Both the position numbers and the translations under genes were made by a program. Under the pieces are notes generated by a model. That model was not told the DNA's origin. It saw nothing but the letters and a program-made list of their open reading frames with translations, and made no database searches. From assembly GCA_904063045.1 (NCBI GenBank), contig CAJFCJ010000016.1, positions 124,001 through 188,000 on the forward strand: 64,000 nucleotides of DNA, given 5' to 3'. This stretch comes from Dimorphilus gyrociliatus (Eukaryota > Animalia > Annelida). This document shows positions 13,504 through 28,300 of the stretch, piece after piece (the stretch's first letter is position 1; each line of letters opens with the position of its first letter).

Positions 13504-16500
13504 ATGTCTTTAGATTTAGGAGAAGAGGATTTAAGATCAGTTTTCGAACTTTGTGACCAACAGAAAAATGGTTATATATTTGTAGAAGATTTCATTGATT
13601 TAGCAAAAAAGCATTTTTGTGATGATAATGAACAGGTATGTTTTTTTACTAATTACTAATTTAATTACTTACATAATGGAAAAAAATAATTTTTCTGTTT
13701 AATTTTAATAGTTTTTAAGTTTAAAAGAAGGAAAAAATTTCCTTATAAACAAACAAGAAACGAGAGCAGAGTTTTTTTACTTATTAATTTCTTAACATTG
13801 TTTTTTATTGTTCTATTCTTCTGTTGAAAATTTAAAAAATTATAATTTTTCTATTGATAATTAACTAATATTTCAGAATATTTCGAATGTTGTTGAGTTT
13901 CTTGATCCAGAGAAGGATGGTAAAATCTATTTTAAAGATTTCTGCGATGGTGTAAAACGCATTTTAAATAGTGAGTCATTAAAATCGATTATTGATAGTC
14001 CTATAAATGTATTTTATATATGTTATAGATTTTTCATAAAATAAAGTAACCGAATATATTCTTATTATTTTTAATTAACCACTTAATAAGTGTTTTTTAA
14101 TGTTATTCAATAGCTCAACAAACAACTACAGCGCCCCAAACTCCAAATTTGAAAAGAAATTTAGAGAATGGAAAAATTTGTATAGAAGATAATAGTGAAC
14201 AGGTAATTTTTTTACTAATATATCCTTCTTTCTACAAACATATATATATTAAATTTCCTTAATATTTTCCCCCTTCTTCTCTCAACTTTACTTTCCTCCA
14301 CCCACCTTTCTTTTATTCAAATCAGAAATTGACTAAGCGGTTTTTATTTCCTTCTCTTTTTTTTGTAGTCAGGGCATTTACAATAAAATATACAGTTTAT
14401 GCTTATTTATAAACACAATATACACGCTAAGAAATATCATGATGCATTTTAAATGGTAGGTGTGTGTGTCGTGATGAGAGATATTTGATCTAGAAATGGG
14501 TCACTGAGTTTTAATTAAGTTTAATTGCTAAGCATTTAAGCTATTTAACTGTATAAATTTTAGATCGGTAGAAATAAAGTTAAATCGTGAAAAAAAAATG
14601 AGTTTTCTTTTCAATTCTGTCTTTTTAATTTTCTGCTTATTATATATTTATTTTAAGGACTTAACCTGGCCTAGTTATGGAGAATAATCCATTAAAAAAA
14701 CAATATATATAAGAGAGGGAGAGGGAGAGAAAGAGAGAAAAAGATTAAAAGGAGACAAGAATAATCTTATTGATACAAGTATTGCGTTAAATTTATAAAG
14801 TTACCGAGCAGTGACTTATCTAATAGAAAAGACATAGATAAGATATAAATTCTATAAATGTCCTAGATGTCTTCACGTAGTCTTTTTTTATATATTCTAT
14901 ATATTAAAAGGTTTTTTTTAAAAGTAGTACAAATCTACTTTTAATGCTGAAGAGAAAGTAAAAATGATTATTCTCTATTTCATACTAATGAGAGCCGTGA
15001 CTATATCATTTATTTTAGATTCATCTTGAACGTAAAGATTTAGATAAGGAGAAATGTCATACATCTATTCTTTTAGACGTTTAGTCCACATATACTGTAC
15101 ACATATATTGTTTATTATATTACTCATAATAATCATTGTTACTTCTGAAATATCTTATCTTTCTAATTAGATGTATACCACGTGATTTATTTACCGATAT
15201 ATAATAATATAAACATTTTATTAGGTTAGAAAAGTTGTTTTTATTTTAAGCTAAAGGCGTTTTCTTTAAGAGTCTAGTATGTCTTTATTGGAATTTACAT
15301 TCCTCAGAATTGTCCTCTTTTTTTTATTGTTAGCTGTTTACATATCAATCTCTTTCTGACTGCCACTTTCCCCTTTTTTTTATTGGCAAATAGGTTTTAT
15401 ACCTAAACAAATTCTTTCCTCATCTGAACAAATAATATTATAATTGAAATATAAAAACTTCTAGTGACTTTATTATAAAATGGATTTTTTTTATTTATTG
15501 AAAGTATGTCAGTAACACTGCTATAACTCCCGGTGATGCCTCTGAATCATCATACACATTTAACGAATATGATTTAACCGACGAAGATGGTCAGTATTCA
15601 CCTCAGGCTTCGCCACCTAAGTTATTAATATCAGATGACTTGGATCCCGACTGCGGACATCTTAATGGGTTTAATGGGTAAACTATTTTAAACGATTATT
15701 TTACAATATTGTAAATAGATAATTACTTTTTAAATTTTGCCTTTTTTCCCTTTAACTTAACAGAGAAGAGAACTTTGAAGACGTTGGTAATGGAGACTTA
15801 GAAGCTCCACTATCAGTTCTCAGGTACTATATAACCTAATTAAGAGAACTTTTTAGTAGATATAAGTCATTTCAGATCAAAACATAGACGATATCCAGGA
15901 AGTGGAGATAGTTGGCCATTTTGTAAAAAAAATCCAAAATATGCAAGACATTCTATTGGGTAAGTGAATTATTATCACTTCTACTCTATGCTGCTATTTC
16001 TAAACTTATAATTTTCTTTCATCTAACTTTTAGCGGAGTGTTAAATATGTGGCAACAGTAAGTTTTCTCAACAAATAATAAATAAGGGGTTTTATTTTAT
16101 TATAGAATATTTATTTAGATCTTCTAAGGGTTTATAGAATACCACTTACACTTTATTAAGGATTTATTGGTGATTAGTATTTATTATATAGTACTAGCTT
16201 TTTAGGAAATTTTCCTTAATTCTCCACCCCTCCTTCCTCTTTGCTTTTCTCTACTAAATAGATACTATTGATCAGTACTTGAAATCTTCTTAAAAGATAA
16301 TAAATGAGCTTAAAGGAATTAGAATTTATTTTGTATTGGTTTTGTTTTGCTCTAACTGTTTTTAGTCTTCAAAGTGAATATTCTATTTTTATTTTTTGTT
16401 CAATAGATTTATATGAACATTTATAAGATAATTATGTTAATTTATAGGAAAATTATCCTATTAGTTTAATTGAATTTAACTAATCTATTTGAAACAACAT

Positions 16501-18395
16501 TCGTTAAATATGTTATTAAATTTCAGTTCTTTTTTTCGTTGAATCGTGCCATTTTCGTTATTATTGCGAATTCTAGCTATATTAGTCATATTTTTTCCAT
16601 ACAGTCAAACAGATAAATCATCAATAAGTCTCTCTTTATCGGACAGCCGGAGGAGTTCCGTATCGGATGAAGATAGATATTATGAAGATATTGATGGATC
16701 ATTTAAAGTTTTGAATGGCAAGGTAAATAGAAAAATTTAATTAAAGAACGAATAATCTGAATGGCATAAAATCTATAAAAGCTGTTAATCTCTAAATTTT
16801 TCCATTTAGGTTGAATCATTAGAATCTCAAATTATGACTTTGACCGAAAATCAACAGAAAAATGATCAAAGTCAAAATAGAATTAAGTATGAAAATCAAT
16901 CACTAATCGAACGGTAAAATGACAAAGTTTGTAAACTTGTATATATTTTATATTATTGTCAAACTATTTTCAGAATTCATACGTTAGAAATGGAATTACA
17001 CGATGTTGAGGAACGCTCCCAGAAAAGGGTTGCAGAAGAAGAAGTTAAATATAGAGATTTATTGGTAATGTCTTTTTATTGATAATTAAATTAGATACAT
17101 TATATTATTATTTATATATATATATATATTATATTTATAACAATGTATTTTTGATATACCTATAGAACCGAACTGATAAAGAGAAAGAACGAGAAATACA
17201 ATTATTATCCGCAAGGTTCTTTTTATTTTGAATATTTTTAATGGAAACATATTATATTATATTTAAAGAATATATACAGACACACATACACACATACAAA
17301 CATACATACATACATTTATATACTGTATATTGTGTAAATCGTGTAAATGTAAATACAAAATATATATATATATGTGTGTATTGATACTACAGCTTGCAAC
17401 ATATGGAGTCCGAATACAGTCAATTAAAAGAGGAAAATCCTAGATTGCGCTTGGAAAATGAAAAGCTTCGAAAGGTTTTATTACTTTTAGATGCATAATA
17501 TTTTTTTCTTGTAATTCTTAACCAGTTTTCTTCTTCAGGAAGGGAGACTATATCAAGCGAAACTTGAACAAGCTGAACTTAATTTGTCAGCTGCTATTAA
17601 AGAGCGTGATGAGTACAAAGGAAGATTAAGAGAGATTAATAATGAATTGAAGTTGGAGCGTAATGTTAATACTCAGGTAAGTGGTTTGATATTCGATATT
17701 ATCTGTGTCATAGATATCAAAACATTAAGATTTTATGATATATGATATACTGTATATATTAGTATACACAATATATTATATAGAAAAGTATATGCTTATA
17801 TTTCGAATAACTTAATACTTATTCCTTTTATATATTTATCTAACAGCTAGTCGACGAATTAAGTAAAGAATTAGAAGATTTAAGAGGATGTACTGATGTT
17901 AGACAGCGAAGACCAAGTAGTCCTGATTCAATGAATTATCCACCGAACTATAGAAGACAATTAGAAAGTCTTGTAATTCGTCTTAAAGAGGTAAATATTT
18001 GTATTTTTGGCTTTGAAGCAATAGACATTTTAATGTAAAATTTTCATCAATAGGAAAATGCTAGATTAAAAGATCAAAATGATGATTTACAAGCTCAGTT
18101 ACTTGGTCATACAATAATTGAAGGTCACACATTACTCACTTCAGGCACTAGCCTAGCAGATGAGATTGATTGTATGCCTAAAGAGGAGGTAAATTATTCT
18201 TAACTTTGCATAATAAATGATTTCTTTTAATTAAAAGAACTCTTAGTCATTAGTTTATACTTGTTGTTTGATGTTTTACAGCTAACGAAGGCTTTAAGGG
18301 AAACTCAAGAGGCACATAGGAAATTGCAAGAATATGTTGAAGATATTACACTTAGGATCATCAACAAGAATCCGGCGTTGTTAGAGAAGCATTGA
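13504..18395 (+). CDS. RAB11FIP4: Rab11 family-interacting protein, class II (FIP3/FIP4/nuf-like): EF-hands, coiled coil, Rab-binding domain; multi-exon
   Basis: Exon 1 LRSVFELCDQQKNGYIFVEDF and exon 2 FLDPEKDGKIYFKDFCDGV (EF-hand pair). Long coiled-coil exons 16810-18190. C-terminal FIP-RBD LRETQEAHRKLQEYVEDITLRIINKNPALLE; TGA 18393-18395. FIP3 versus FIP4 cannot be separated (likely co-orthologue). Confidence 0.9.
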
Positions 18396-19535
18396 CTAGA
18401 GGAAAGAAATCGATCAACCAAATTTCAAGGGGTGGTCGATTTCTTCAAGAAAAAAGCCGGACTGGTAAAAAAATCTCCTTCAAAGTCTGTTGGAGATGGA
18501 AATTGAATCGTTGTTATTACGAAAGAAGTAAAATATCTTTGGTCTATATTATCTTCTTGGCGTTTCCCATAAATATTTCTTTTTTTTGTATATGTAAACA
18601 AAATCTAGAAAACTATATCTATCTCAATTTTTACACGTTCAAAAAACTGAAGGACTAGTTGTCCTTTCTCTTCATCATGCAGAATCCACTGTTAAAGCAA
18701 AATTGTTATGTGATATTAATTATTAAGAAATGAATGTTTTGCAAAAAGACATTCAACACCAACAACCAATACATATCATTCAATTTGCATATATTATTTT
18801 TTGTATATAGACTGTGCCTTAAATGTCAATTCAAAATAAGAAATTGTAAATTGTGATGTAAATAGTTATATCTGGGACTGTGATTTACCACAAATTGTTT
18901 GTTTTATCTTACTATTCTATATTTCTGTCAAAATGTTGTATATTTTTTGTTTTTTTTTACAAATGTGGTCAATATTTTTCTAGTTTCTTTTTTTATTCTA
19001 TTAATTTATGTAGGTTATTAGCTTGATTCAATGAACACATAAGTTTTGCTTGTAGATATACATGTTAATTTATGATTGTGGTACATTTTTTTTATCAATT
19101 TATCAAGTTCTAATGACTGAAAACAGTTTATTTATTAGTCAAAATAAATTTATTGATAAATATTCAAAAAAAAACAGTAGTGTTGCTGGGTTACCGCAAG
19201 AATTTCATTAATGTAGGACTTACAAAGCATACCTTAAAGATTTGTAAATTATTCAGTTCTTTGATTACTCACTACTCTATAGCTATAATTCAATCTTACT
19301 AAATTTTAAAGTTGGTCGTGATCTGCAGAACTATGGAACCCGTTCCACTGCTTTTATTTCTTATGTAAGGTCTATATAATATGAGCCACCTAACCCAATG
19401 TAGCCTCAATTTAATACGCAAATAAAACATGAGGCTGAGTAATAGCGTTCGTGAGACGAGGGGGTTAGTTGTTCGAGCAGTAATATAAATGTAAACTCTG
19501 TTATTGAACGGCTTATTCCAAACTGAGCTGCCAAC

Positions 19536-21215
19536 ATGAAAGCTCCACTTCTAGGTTTTATTGTATGTGCCATAACTTTGGTCAATTGCTCCATAGATTA
19601 CAACGAAGCTGAAAAGTTTTTAGAAAAATATGAAGGTTTTAAAATTCCCAAACTATCTCCAAATGAAATTCAAAAGCATCCATCACTTCAACCAAGTTTT
19701 ATTAAGGCATTGAAGAAAATGCAAAAATATGCTGGCATTCCCATTACGGGAAAATTAGATGATTTAACTATGGAAACTATGAGGAAACCTAGATGTGGCA
19801 ATCCTGATGGTGAAAATGAAGATCATGAAAATGATAACAAAGAAAAGAGATATGCCGTTGCTTCGAAATGGTATAAAACTCATCTCACATATTACATAAA
19901 GGGTAGCACATATACATATGATCTCGACAATAAAAAAGTAGAGGAAGCTGTTGCCCAAGCTTTTAAATATTGGTCGGATGTTAGTGCTTTAACATTTGAA
20001 AGGAGGTATAGCTCTTACAACGTAGATATTATTATGTATTTTGCTAAAAAAAGTCATGGCGATAGTAATCCTTTTGATGGTCCGGGAGGAGTATTAGCTC
20101 ACGCATATTTTCCAACTAACGGTGATGTTCATTTTGATGATGATGAGGCTTACACCTTAAGAAGTTACGCTGGAACAAACCTTTTACAAATTGCCACTCA
20201 TGAAATAGGACATAGTCTCGGTCTTCAACACAGTTCAATCAAGAGTGCTGTCATGGCTCCCTACTATTATGGATATTCTCCCAATTTTGCACTACAACCT
20301 GATGATATTAATGGTATTAGAAGTCTTTATGGATCCAATCGGCCAACAACTCCAGTATATACTTCTTCCACAACTAAAACTGTTAAGTCTACTGTTAAGA
20401 CTCCTGTTAATTCTTATCCAGACCCATGTTCTCTTACTAGTATTGATACGTTTTTTGAATCAAAGAATGGTTTTTTTTATGTTTTTAAGGGAGAATATTA
20501 CTGGAAACTCAACAGATATGCAGATTTACAAAGTAAAATACCAACCAAAATATCAGATGGCTTTCCTGGTCTGCCAAATGACATTGATGCCGCTTTCATG
20601 TGGTTTTCAAAATCTACTTACTTCTTTAAGGGTGACTTATATTGGAGATTTCGTGATGGGGTGATGCAAAGTGGCTTTCCAAGAAGAATAGGAAAAGATG
20701 GCTTTAGGGGTGTACCAAATAATCTTGATTCGGCCTTTGTATATAAAGGAAATAATGTTATTTATTTCACCAAAGGTAACTTGTATTATAGATACGAAAA
20801 CTTTCGCGTAAAAGATAACTACCCTAAACAATTTGACCGAATCTGGGAAGGTCTACCAGCAGGAGTAGATGCAGCTCTAGCTTACGTTAATGAATACAAT
20901 TACTTTTTCAAAGGTAGTCAATATTATCGCTTCAATCCAAGCACATTCTCCGTTGACAAGGGTTATCCAAAATCCATCGCTCAGTGGTGGTTCCGTTGTT
21001 ACGATAGTGTTCAAGATGCACCATCTGATGTAAGAGTAGCAGAGGATTCTGATTCTACTGAAAGAGAAACTGAAAATGATAGAGAACCCATAAATTTAGT
21101 AGAGAATAAATCACTAAGTGAAATTGACGAAGAAGGCTTATTAAGCAACGCTGCCACCTTGAAAATTTCAATTATTATGGCAACTAGTCTTGTCGTTTTT
21201 AAACTGTTATTTTAA
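19536..21215 (+). CDS. Matrix metalloproteinase A (intronless): signal peptide, propeptide, M10A catalytic domain, hemopexin repeats, GPI-like tail
   Basis: Cysteine switch PRCGNPD, basic KEKR site, HGDSNPFDGPGGVLAHAYFP, HEIGHSLGLQH, Met-turn AVMAPYY, four hemopexin-type repeats bounded by Cys, hydrophobic C-terminus. Confidence 0.97.
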   Translation: MKAPLLGFIVCAITLVNCSIDYNEAEKFLEKYEGFKIPKLSPNEIQKHPSLQPSFIKALKKMQKYAGIPITGKLDDLTMETMRKPRCGNPDGENEDHENDNKEKRYAVASKWYKTHLTYYIKGSTYTYDLDNKKVEEAVAQAFKYWSDVSALTFERRYSSYNVDIIMYFAKKSHGDSNPFDGPGGVLAHAYFPTNGDVHFDDDEAYTLRSYAGTNLLQIATHEIGHSLGLQHSSIKSAVMAPYYYGYSPNFALQPDDINGIRSLYGSNRPTTPVYTSSTTKTVKSTVKTPVNSYPDPCSLTSIDTFFESKNGFFYVFKGEYYWKLNRYADLQSKIPTKISDGFPGLPNDIDAAFMWFSKSTYFFKGDLYWRFRDGVMQSGFPRRIGKDGFRGVPNNLDSAFVYKGNNVIYFTKGNLYYRYENFRVKDNYPKQFDRIWEGLPAGVDAALAYVNEYNYFFKGSQYYRFNPSTFSVDKGYPKSIAQWWFRCYDSVQDAPSDVRVAEDSDSTERETENDREPINLVENKSLSEIDEEGLLSNAATLKISIIMATSLVVFKLLF

Positions 21216-22309
21216 CTATTTTTCTTAAAGGAAGAGCACTTTTCTTTTTATTTTTAATTGAAATTATTTAATAAATGAGACACTTTACTCTAAAGAGAAT
21301 TTTTTATTAGACATTGTACGTTCCAGGGTATTTTATGTCTATCTAGAACACTTACAACTTAGACTGCATTCTACTTTTTACCTTAAAAAAATTCCTTTAT
21401 CAAAGAATTTTATATTTTTGATGGTGTTCACCTTTTTTATATTTCTTTAATAATGAAGGTCTCTCATACCGTTTGTTATGTACGTTCTATGAAAGAAGCT
21501 ATTGAATAAAAAGAAAAACTTGGCATAATGTTTTATTTTCAAATTTTAGTAGGATTGGCAGTTTAACGTCTTCATTCAGTAATAGAAAGAAATTTAACAA
21601 TATGAAGCTGGAAAGAAAAGAATAATTTGGCGGAGGGAAGGGAAATATTTTGCTAAATCACATAAAATGATTAAAAGTTTATATAGATATTTCCTATTAT
21701 GGAATATTTTGTGCTTCTATCAGCATAATTTTACGTAAGCAAGCCTAATTAATTATTACGACAATTTAGAACAAATGAAGTATGGAAAGAATGTTCTCTT
21801 GTTAGCGTTTAACAGTCCTGTTAAGAAAGTAGCTTCCTTTTAAGTTGGCAAAGAGACTTTGGTGAATAAATATAGTATTAACATATAAATCGATAAACAT
21901 ACTGTAAAATAGTCATTATGTTATATTTATTTCTTAAGAGAATGTCGAACAAGTTTATTTCAATGTTTCTATTTGTATTTTCAGAATAAAAATTCATAGT
22001 TGCTTATTTTTCTTTAAATGATAGAAATATTAATAAATAATTGAGATTTTACAAAAAATTACGTAATTAAGATAAAATTCATTAATGAACAATGCTTTAA
22101 ATTTGTTTATTCCGTAATATTTGCCTTTTTATCTCAACTTTTTAAACATCAAGTTGAAACAATAAAAGTATTAAAAGCATATTAACTGGTAGAATTTTGA
22201 CGAAAAATATCAAATCGTCTGCTAGGGTCAAAATTAGGAACATATTGATAACAGAGCGGGAATTATAACCGATAAGTTATTTTAAGTGTTGCTTTGGCCT
22301 TCAGTAATC

Positions 22310-25300
22310 ATGCTGAGATTGCTTACCATGTCTCGTGAGACTGCTTCTCGTCGAATATCAAATTTGAGGCATATCTTGGATAGGAGTCAAGCAATTTCTG
22401 GGATTAAATTTTTTTGCTCATCTAGTAAAGTTCATTAAGTTCTAAGAAACTTTTAGAAAACTATTTAATTCCTCTATGATTTTAGGTGGAAATGAATTTG
22501 TTAGTATTGGTGACGTTTCCGTGAAAACAGAAAATCCTAAAAATCCCGCCTTGGTTCCTATTAAATACAGTAATTACGCAATAATTTTTATTTTCAAAGG
22601 GTTGAGCTCTATATTTATGTCTTTAATTATAGTACCTGAAGGAAAAATACCTCAGAGTTTACTCCAACATTTACGATGGATAATGCAAAAGGTTAGCTTA
22701 TTATTTAAACATGTTATATTGGAAAGAACTAAGCTTCTTTTATGATATTTTAGGATGTTTTAGGCCAAGATATATTCCTTATTGGTGCTCCAGGACCTTT
22801 AAGAAGATCAGTCGCCATGATGTATCTGGTATGTTCTTGTGTTTCTTCAATTTTTGTTCAACTAAAATAATTGATTTTATTCTTTTTTCTTTTTTAAAGG
22901 AATTAACTCTCAGGGAAGCCGAATATATATCACTATCTAGAGATACTACTGATAGTGATTTAAAGCAAAGAAGAGAAATCCAATCGGGAACATCGCATCA
23001 TATTGATCAGGTATTTTTATATTTAGACTATATACTGTAAAGAGTATGTAAGCTTTTCGAATTATTTTAGTGTGCTGTCAGAGCGGCTACCGAAGGTCGA
23101 GTTCTAATTCTTGAGGGAATAGAAAAAGCTGAAAGAAATGTACTTCCCGTTTTGAACAATTTATTAGAAAATAGAGAAATGCAATTAGACGATGGCAGAT
23201 TTTTAATGTCTGCTGAGAGATATGATAAATTATTAAAAGATCATAGCAAGGAAGAACTTGATTCATGGAATTTGGTCAGAGTATCCGAAAAATTTAGAGT
23301 TATTGCACTTGGTCTGCCAGTACCAAGATATACGGGTAATCCACTAGATCCACCTCTCAGATCTAGATTTCAAGCCAGAGATGTTCCAACCGTCCCATAT
23401 CAAGAACATTTAACTATGCTCAAAGACGTCGGTAAAGACCTTCTACCGGAAAAGTATATTTTATTTTTTCTTTACAACAGAATATGTATATAATACTAAC
23501 TCAAGCAATTTCCTTTCAAAGATTAAATCAAGTCTTATCATTTGCTTCAACTCTAAGAACAGAGGAGTCTAGACAACTCTCTTTACCTGATTTCCCAATT
23601 GATAATATACATAAAATTGTGGATATTATGGTAAAAATAATTGAATATTTATATATTGAATGATAAATCATAAAATTGCACTCAACTGTTTCACAGAAAG
23701 ATGTCCCAATAGCAAATGTTCAAAGGTTACTAGAGCTTATGTATCCGTATCACATATTGTTAACAAAAGAAGGTAAAACGGCGGTTGAAGATTCATTAAA
23801 AGTATATATATATATATATATATATTTAATTTCTGGGTATTAATTAATATTTATAATTTGTAGACTTTTAATTTGAAGCAAGAATTAGAACCTTCTATGT
23901 TTATATCTGAAATTTCAAGAAAGGGTAATGAAGCTGAAGTTACTGTTATGCAAAATAGAACATCGGCAACTTTCAAAGTATAACATAAATATTTCATTAA
24001 GAGTATGTCGTTAACTACATAAAAAAACTTATTAAATCAGGTCAAAAGTGGAACGAATAATGAGCAAAGATTGATAGAAGAATTTGTAGCTACGGGTTAT
24101 CATGATAACATGCTTGCCGAAATGATGCTAAGTCATAAAGTTCACGATCTTTGTATTGTCGGTCCACGGGTAAATATTAACCTGCATTTTGATACTTAGT
24201 TTATAAACAAATTGAATTTAATCAATGATCTAATCAGAGATTATAATAAAGAGTTAATTATGTAGGGCATGTTACTGTTAGCCTATCTATATGAATTTTT
24301 TCAATAATGTCTTAATAGGGTTGTGGAAAATCTATTGTTGTTAACCAATTTGCGAATATGTTGGGTTATAATGTAGAGCATATAATGTTATATCAAGACA
24401 TGTCTGCAAGAGATTTATTGCAACAACGAACAACAACACAGTCTGGAGATACGATTTGGCAACCTTCAGCCTTGGTAACTGCTGCAAGAGAGGGTTCACT
24501 AGTTGTCTTGGATGGAGTTCACCGAGCGAATGCGGGAACCTTTGCCGTTTTACAACGGTTTGATCATACTATATAAAAAAATAAATATAATAAAGATAAC
24601 CATTAACCTATCAATGACAGGTTAATTCATGATCGGGAGCTATCATTGTTTGACGGAACTAAATTAATGGGTCACGATCGCTATAATGAGCTTAAAAGTA
24701 AGCATAGTTTAACTGATGAGGAATTGGCGAATAGGTAAAAAAAAAACTGAAAATGGAACATTGCTAAATTATAAAATACTAATAGTAATAATTTTTTGTT
24801 AATAGGAATGTATTCCCCATTCATCCATCATTTAGAATAGTTGCTCTATCAGAACCTCCTTCGAGTGCAAATCAACAAAATTGGTTAACATCTGAAATGC
24901 TTACAATGTTTCTTTATCATACAATGGATGGATTGACTAAATTTGATGAACAGCATATTATTAATAAATTGGTTTGTATATTTTATATTCGTTGAAAAAT
25001 AACTATTTTATATTCCATATTTATTATTAAAAGGTGCCAAAAGCAGAAGGATTAGATCCTATCCTACAAGTTACTCATAAGCTAAGAGAATCGACAGATA
25101 GTAATGTAAGTAGTCGAAGATCTAGTTATAATTCAGATTGTTTATTTTCATTTTCTCGATTTTAGTTAAAATCAATAGCTACTTCGCTATCAACAAGACA
25201 ACTACTTAGGATAGCAAAAAGATTATATACCTATCCTGGTGACAATGTTTACGATGTTGTACAAAAAGCCTGTTTGGCAAAATTCCTTCCAAGACTAACT

Positions 25301-28300
25301 AGGACAGCTTTAGAAGAGGAATTAGAAAGGATGAATATAGCTAAGAAGCAAGTTATAACAGGAGTTGAAAATATTGAAAATTCTATAACATGTAATCTCT
25401 TCACTTTTATTTACCTTAATTAACTTTTATTTAATAATTCCATTTAAAAATAGGTGGAATTAAAAATGGAGTATTAAGAATTGGAAACACAACTGTTGAT
25501 ATCAATCAAACAGATGCTAAAATGAAAGTACCAGACGTATTATTCTATGAAAATCCTCAAGTAAATCATTTAAATACACTGTATAAAGAAAAGATGAAAA
25601 ATTATTGAAAAAAATCTAACCTTTATCAGCATCTAATGGTTATGGAAGATATGTTGAAAGATTATCTTCTTGGAGAACACTTACTACTCGTCGGTAATCA
25701 AGGTGTCGGAAAGAATAAGATTATTGATAGATTTCTCTCTCTCTTAAATAGACCTAGGGAGTATATACAATTACATAGGTAAAATACCAATATCCTTCCT
25801 ATATATGAATGCAAGAAAGATTGCTAATTTTTTAATATTTTATCAGAGATACAACAATACAAACTCTAACATTACAACCAACTGTTGTCGATGGTGTGAT
25901 TAAGTTTGAAGACTCACCTTTAGTTAAAGCAGTAAAGAAAGGATATGTCCTAGTCGTTGATGAAGCTGACAAAGCTCCTACAAATGTTACTTGCATATTG
26001 AAAACTTTAGTTGAAAATGGCGAAATGCATTTAAGTGACGGAAGAAGAATCGTAAATGGTTAATATTTTTTCTAATTATCGTTCTTTCGCATTTATTCAT
26101 TTATACTTGTATTATTTAATTCCTTTTCTTGTAATATTCCAGCTAATTCTAGCCTAGAACCGAGTGAGAAAATAATAAAGTCACATCCAGATTTTAGAAT
26201 GATGGTATTGGCTAATAGACCCGGATTCCCCTTTCTGGGAAATGATTTCTTTGGCGCAATGGGTTTGTTAATTTTTATTAACACTTATAACTTATGCTCA
26301 TATATCCATATATTGTACTTTATGTATAATAATATTCTCTTGCTTTTGTGTTCAAGGTGATATATTCAGTGCACACGCTATTGATAATCCTGATGTTACA
26401 TCTGAAATGGAAATGCTTCGCCAATACGGACCACAAGTTCCAGAACATATACTTAAGAAATTGGTACTTGCGTTTGGCGAACTAAGAACGATGGCCGATG
26501 AAGGACAAATAAATTATCCATATTCAACTAGAGAAGTTGTTAATATGGTTAAGCATCTTCAGGTAAATATTACTTCCTTTCAAATGTTCTAGATAAATGT
26601 TAACTGCAACTATCTACTGAATTTTAGAAATATCCTAATGAAGGTCTATCATCAGTTGTACAAAACGTTTTCGATTTTGATTCATATAACAAAGAATTAA
26701 AGGAAACAGTTGTTGAAACTATGCACAAACACGGAGTTCCAATTGGAGCAAATCCAAATAATATTAAATTAGCCAAGACGTAAGTAAAAAATTTAGAGAC
26801 TTTATTGAATGGAATTTTGTTTTTTTCTCAATGAAAAACCATATTATATTAAATACAATTATTATTTTTAAAATAAAAAGAAACTTAGTAAAGAAGTGTT
26901 TTTTTCTTCTAAATTTGAAAAAAAGTAAGAAAATACAAAAGAAAACAAGATGGATTCTGCAAAAACAAAAAAAAAGACAAAATAACAATCTAACTTATTT
27001 ATTTTATACAATTATATATATGTATATATAGATAGATAAATATATATATATATTTTGACATTTTTGCAGGATCAATCTTCCAGATTTTGTTAATATTGGT
27101 AAAATACAACTTATAAGATCACCTGAGGCATCAGTCTGTTCTGTAGAGGATAAAAAGTTTAGGGTTAAAGTAAGTTATAGAATAGATAATGAGCAATTAA
27201 TTAAGTGTTGAAGTAATTAAATGAACAATAGGGTACGGTTAGGAATGCTCTTCAAAATTTTCCCCTTGAAAAAACTGAAGCTCGATCTATCTTATTCTCT
27301 GAACAAGAGAGTCATTGGACATTGCCGTTACACGAAACTAGCGCAGTTGTTGATGTGGCAGTAACCAAAGGTATATAAATAACAGACAAACTTGATAAAA
27401 GTACAACAGATATTTCTTTTCAATTAAAAAAAGCTCAAATGAGATCTCCGGTTCAGGATAAGAAAAGCTTAGAAGATATTATCCATGTTATTACAGCTAA
27501 TCCTATTAGTTTATATTCAATGAATGCGTCCAAACAACATCTAACCTGTATAGACCTATATAACTTCTTCCCAACGACTAAAGTCTCTAGCAGGTTTAAG
27601 CCAAAGATAACTATTATCCCTCTCTCCTCCCCTTTGGACTATTCTATAGTCCTTCACGAGGAAGAAGTAAGTAATAATCTTATTATATACATAGGCCTTT
27701 CGTATGTATACGAAACCTTTTATATACAGACAAATACAACTTTATTAATCAATTATGAAAATGGAGATGTTTCTAAGTTAGAAACTCAGACAATGCTGGA
27801 AAGCGCCGCTCAGAAGGTTACAAAAAATTTTAGATCTTATCAAGTAAGAATCAAAGAGGAAATAGAATTATGACAAATTAATTAATCCATCAATTTGTAA
27901 ACATAGGGATTATATAGGATATGTGGAGATTTTACTCACGAAACTCATCAAATATTAATCTATAAAAAAAATGAGTAAGTAATTTGTATATATTTGAATT
28001 CTTAATTTACATTATAAGGGTAATTTTAATTAAAAAAATACAGATCTAAAATAGAAGTTATTGACCTCCTTCAAGGTATTTGTCATTGCGTCACATTACC
28101 TGGAAAGATAAGCAATTTACATATGCCTTCAAGATACGATTGGCTTATAAATGATGACGAAAATAACAAGTAAAGTATTACATTTAATTTAGATATAGCG
28201 TTAATTATTAGTTTAAATTATAACTATTTAGGAGATATTTAATATCACATACAAAGGAGAATCCCTATGAGTATACAATACAAACACTCTCTGAAGCAAA

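Noticed and set aside
14439-14507. Possible intronic C/D-box snoRNA (GTGATGA ... CTGA)
   Set aside because: The canonical C and D boxes are only ~37 nt apart, with no D' box or terminal stem.
26764-27031. Lys-rich and Phe-rich ORFs on both strands
   Set aside because: They lie mostly in a VWA8 intron made of A/T homopolymer runs.
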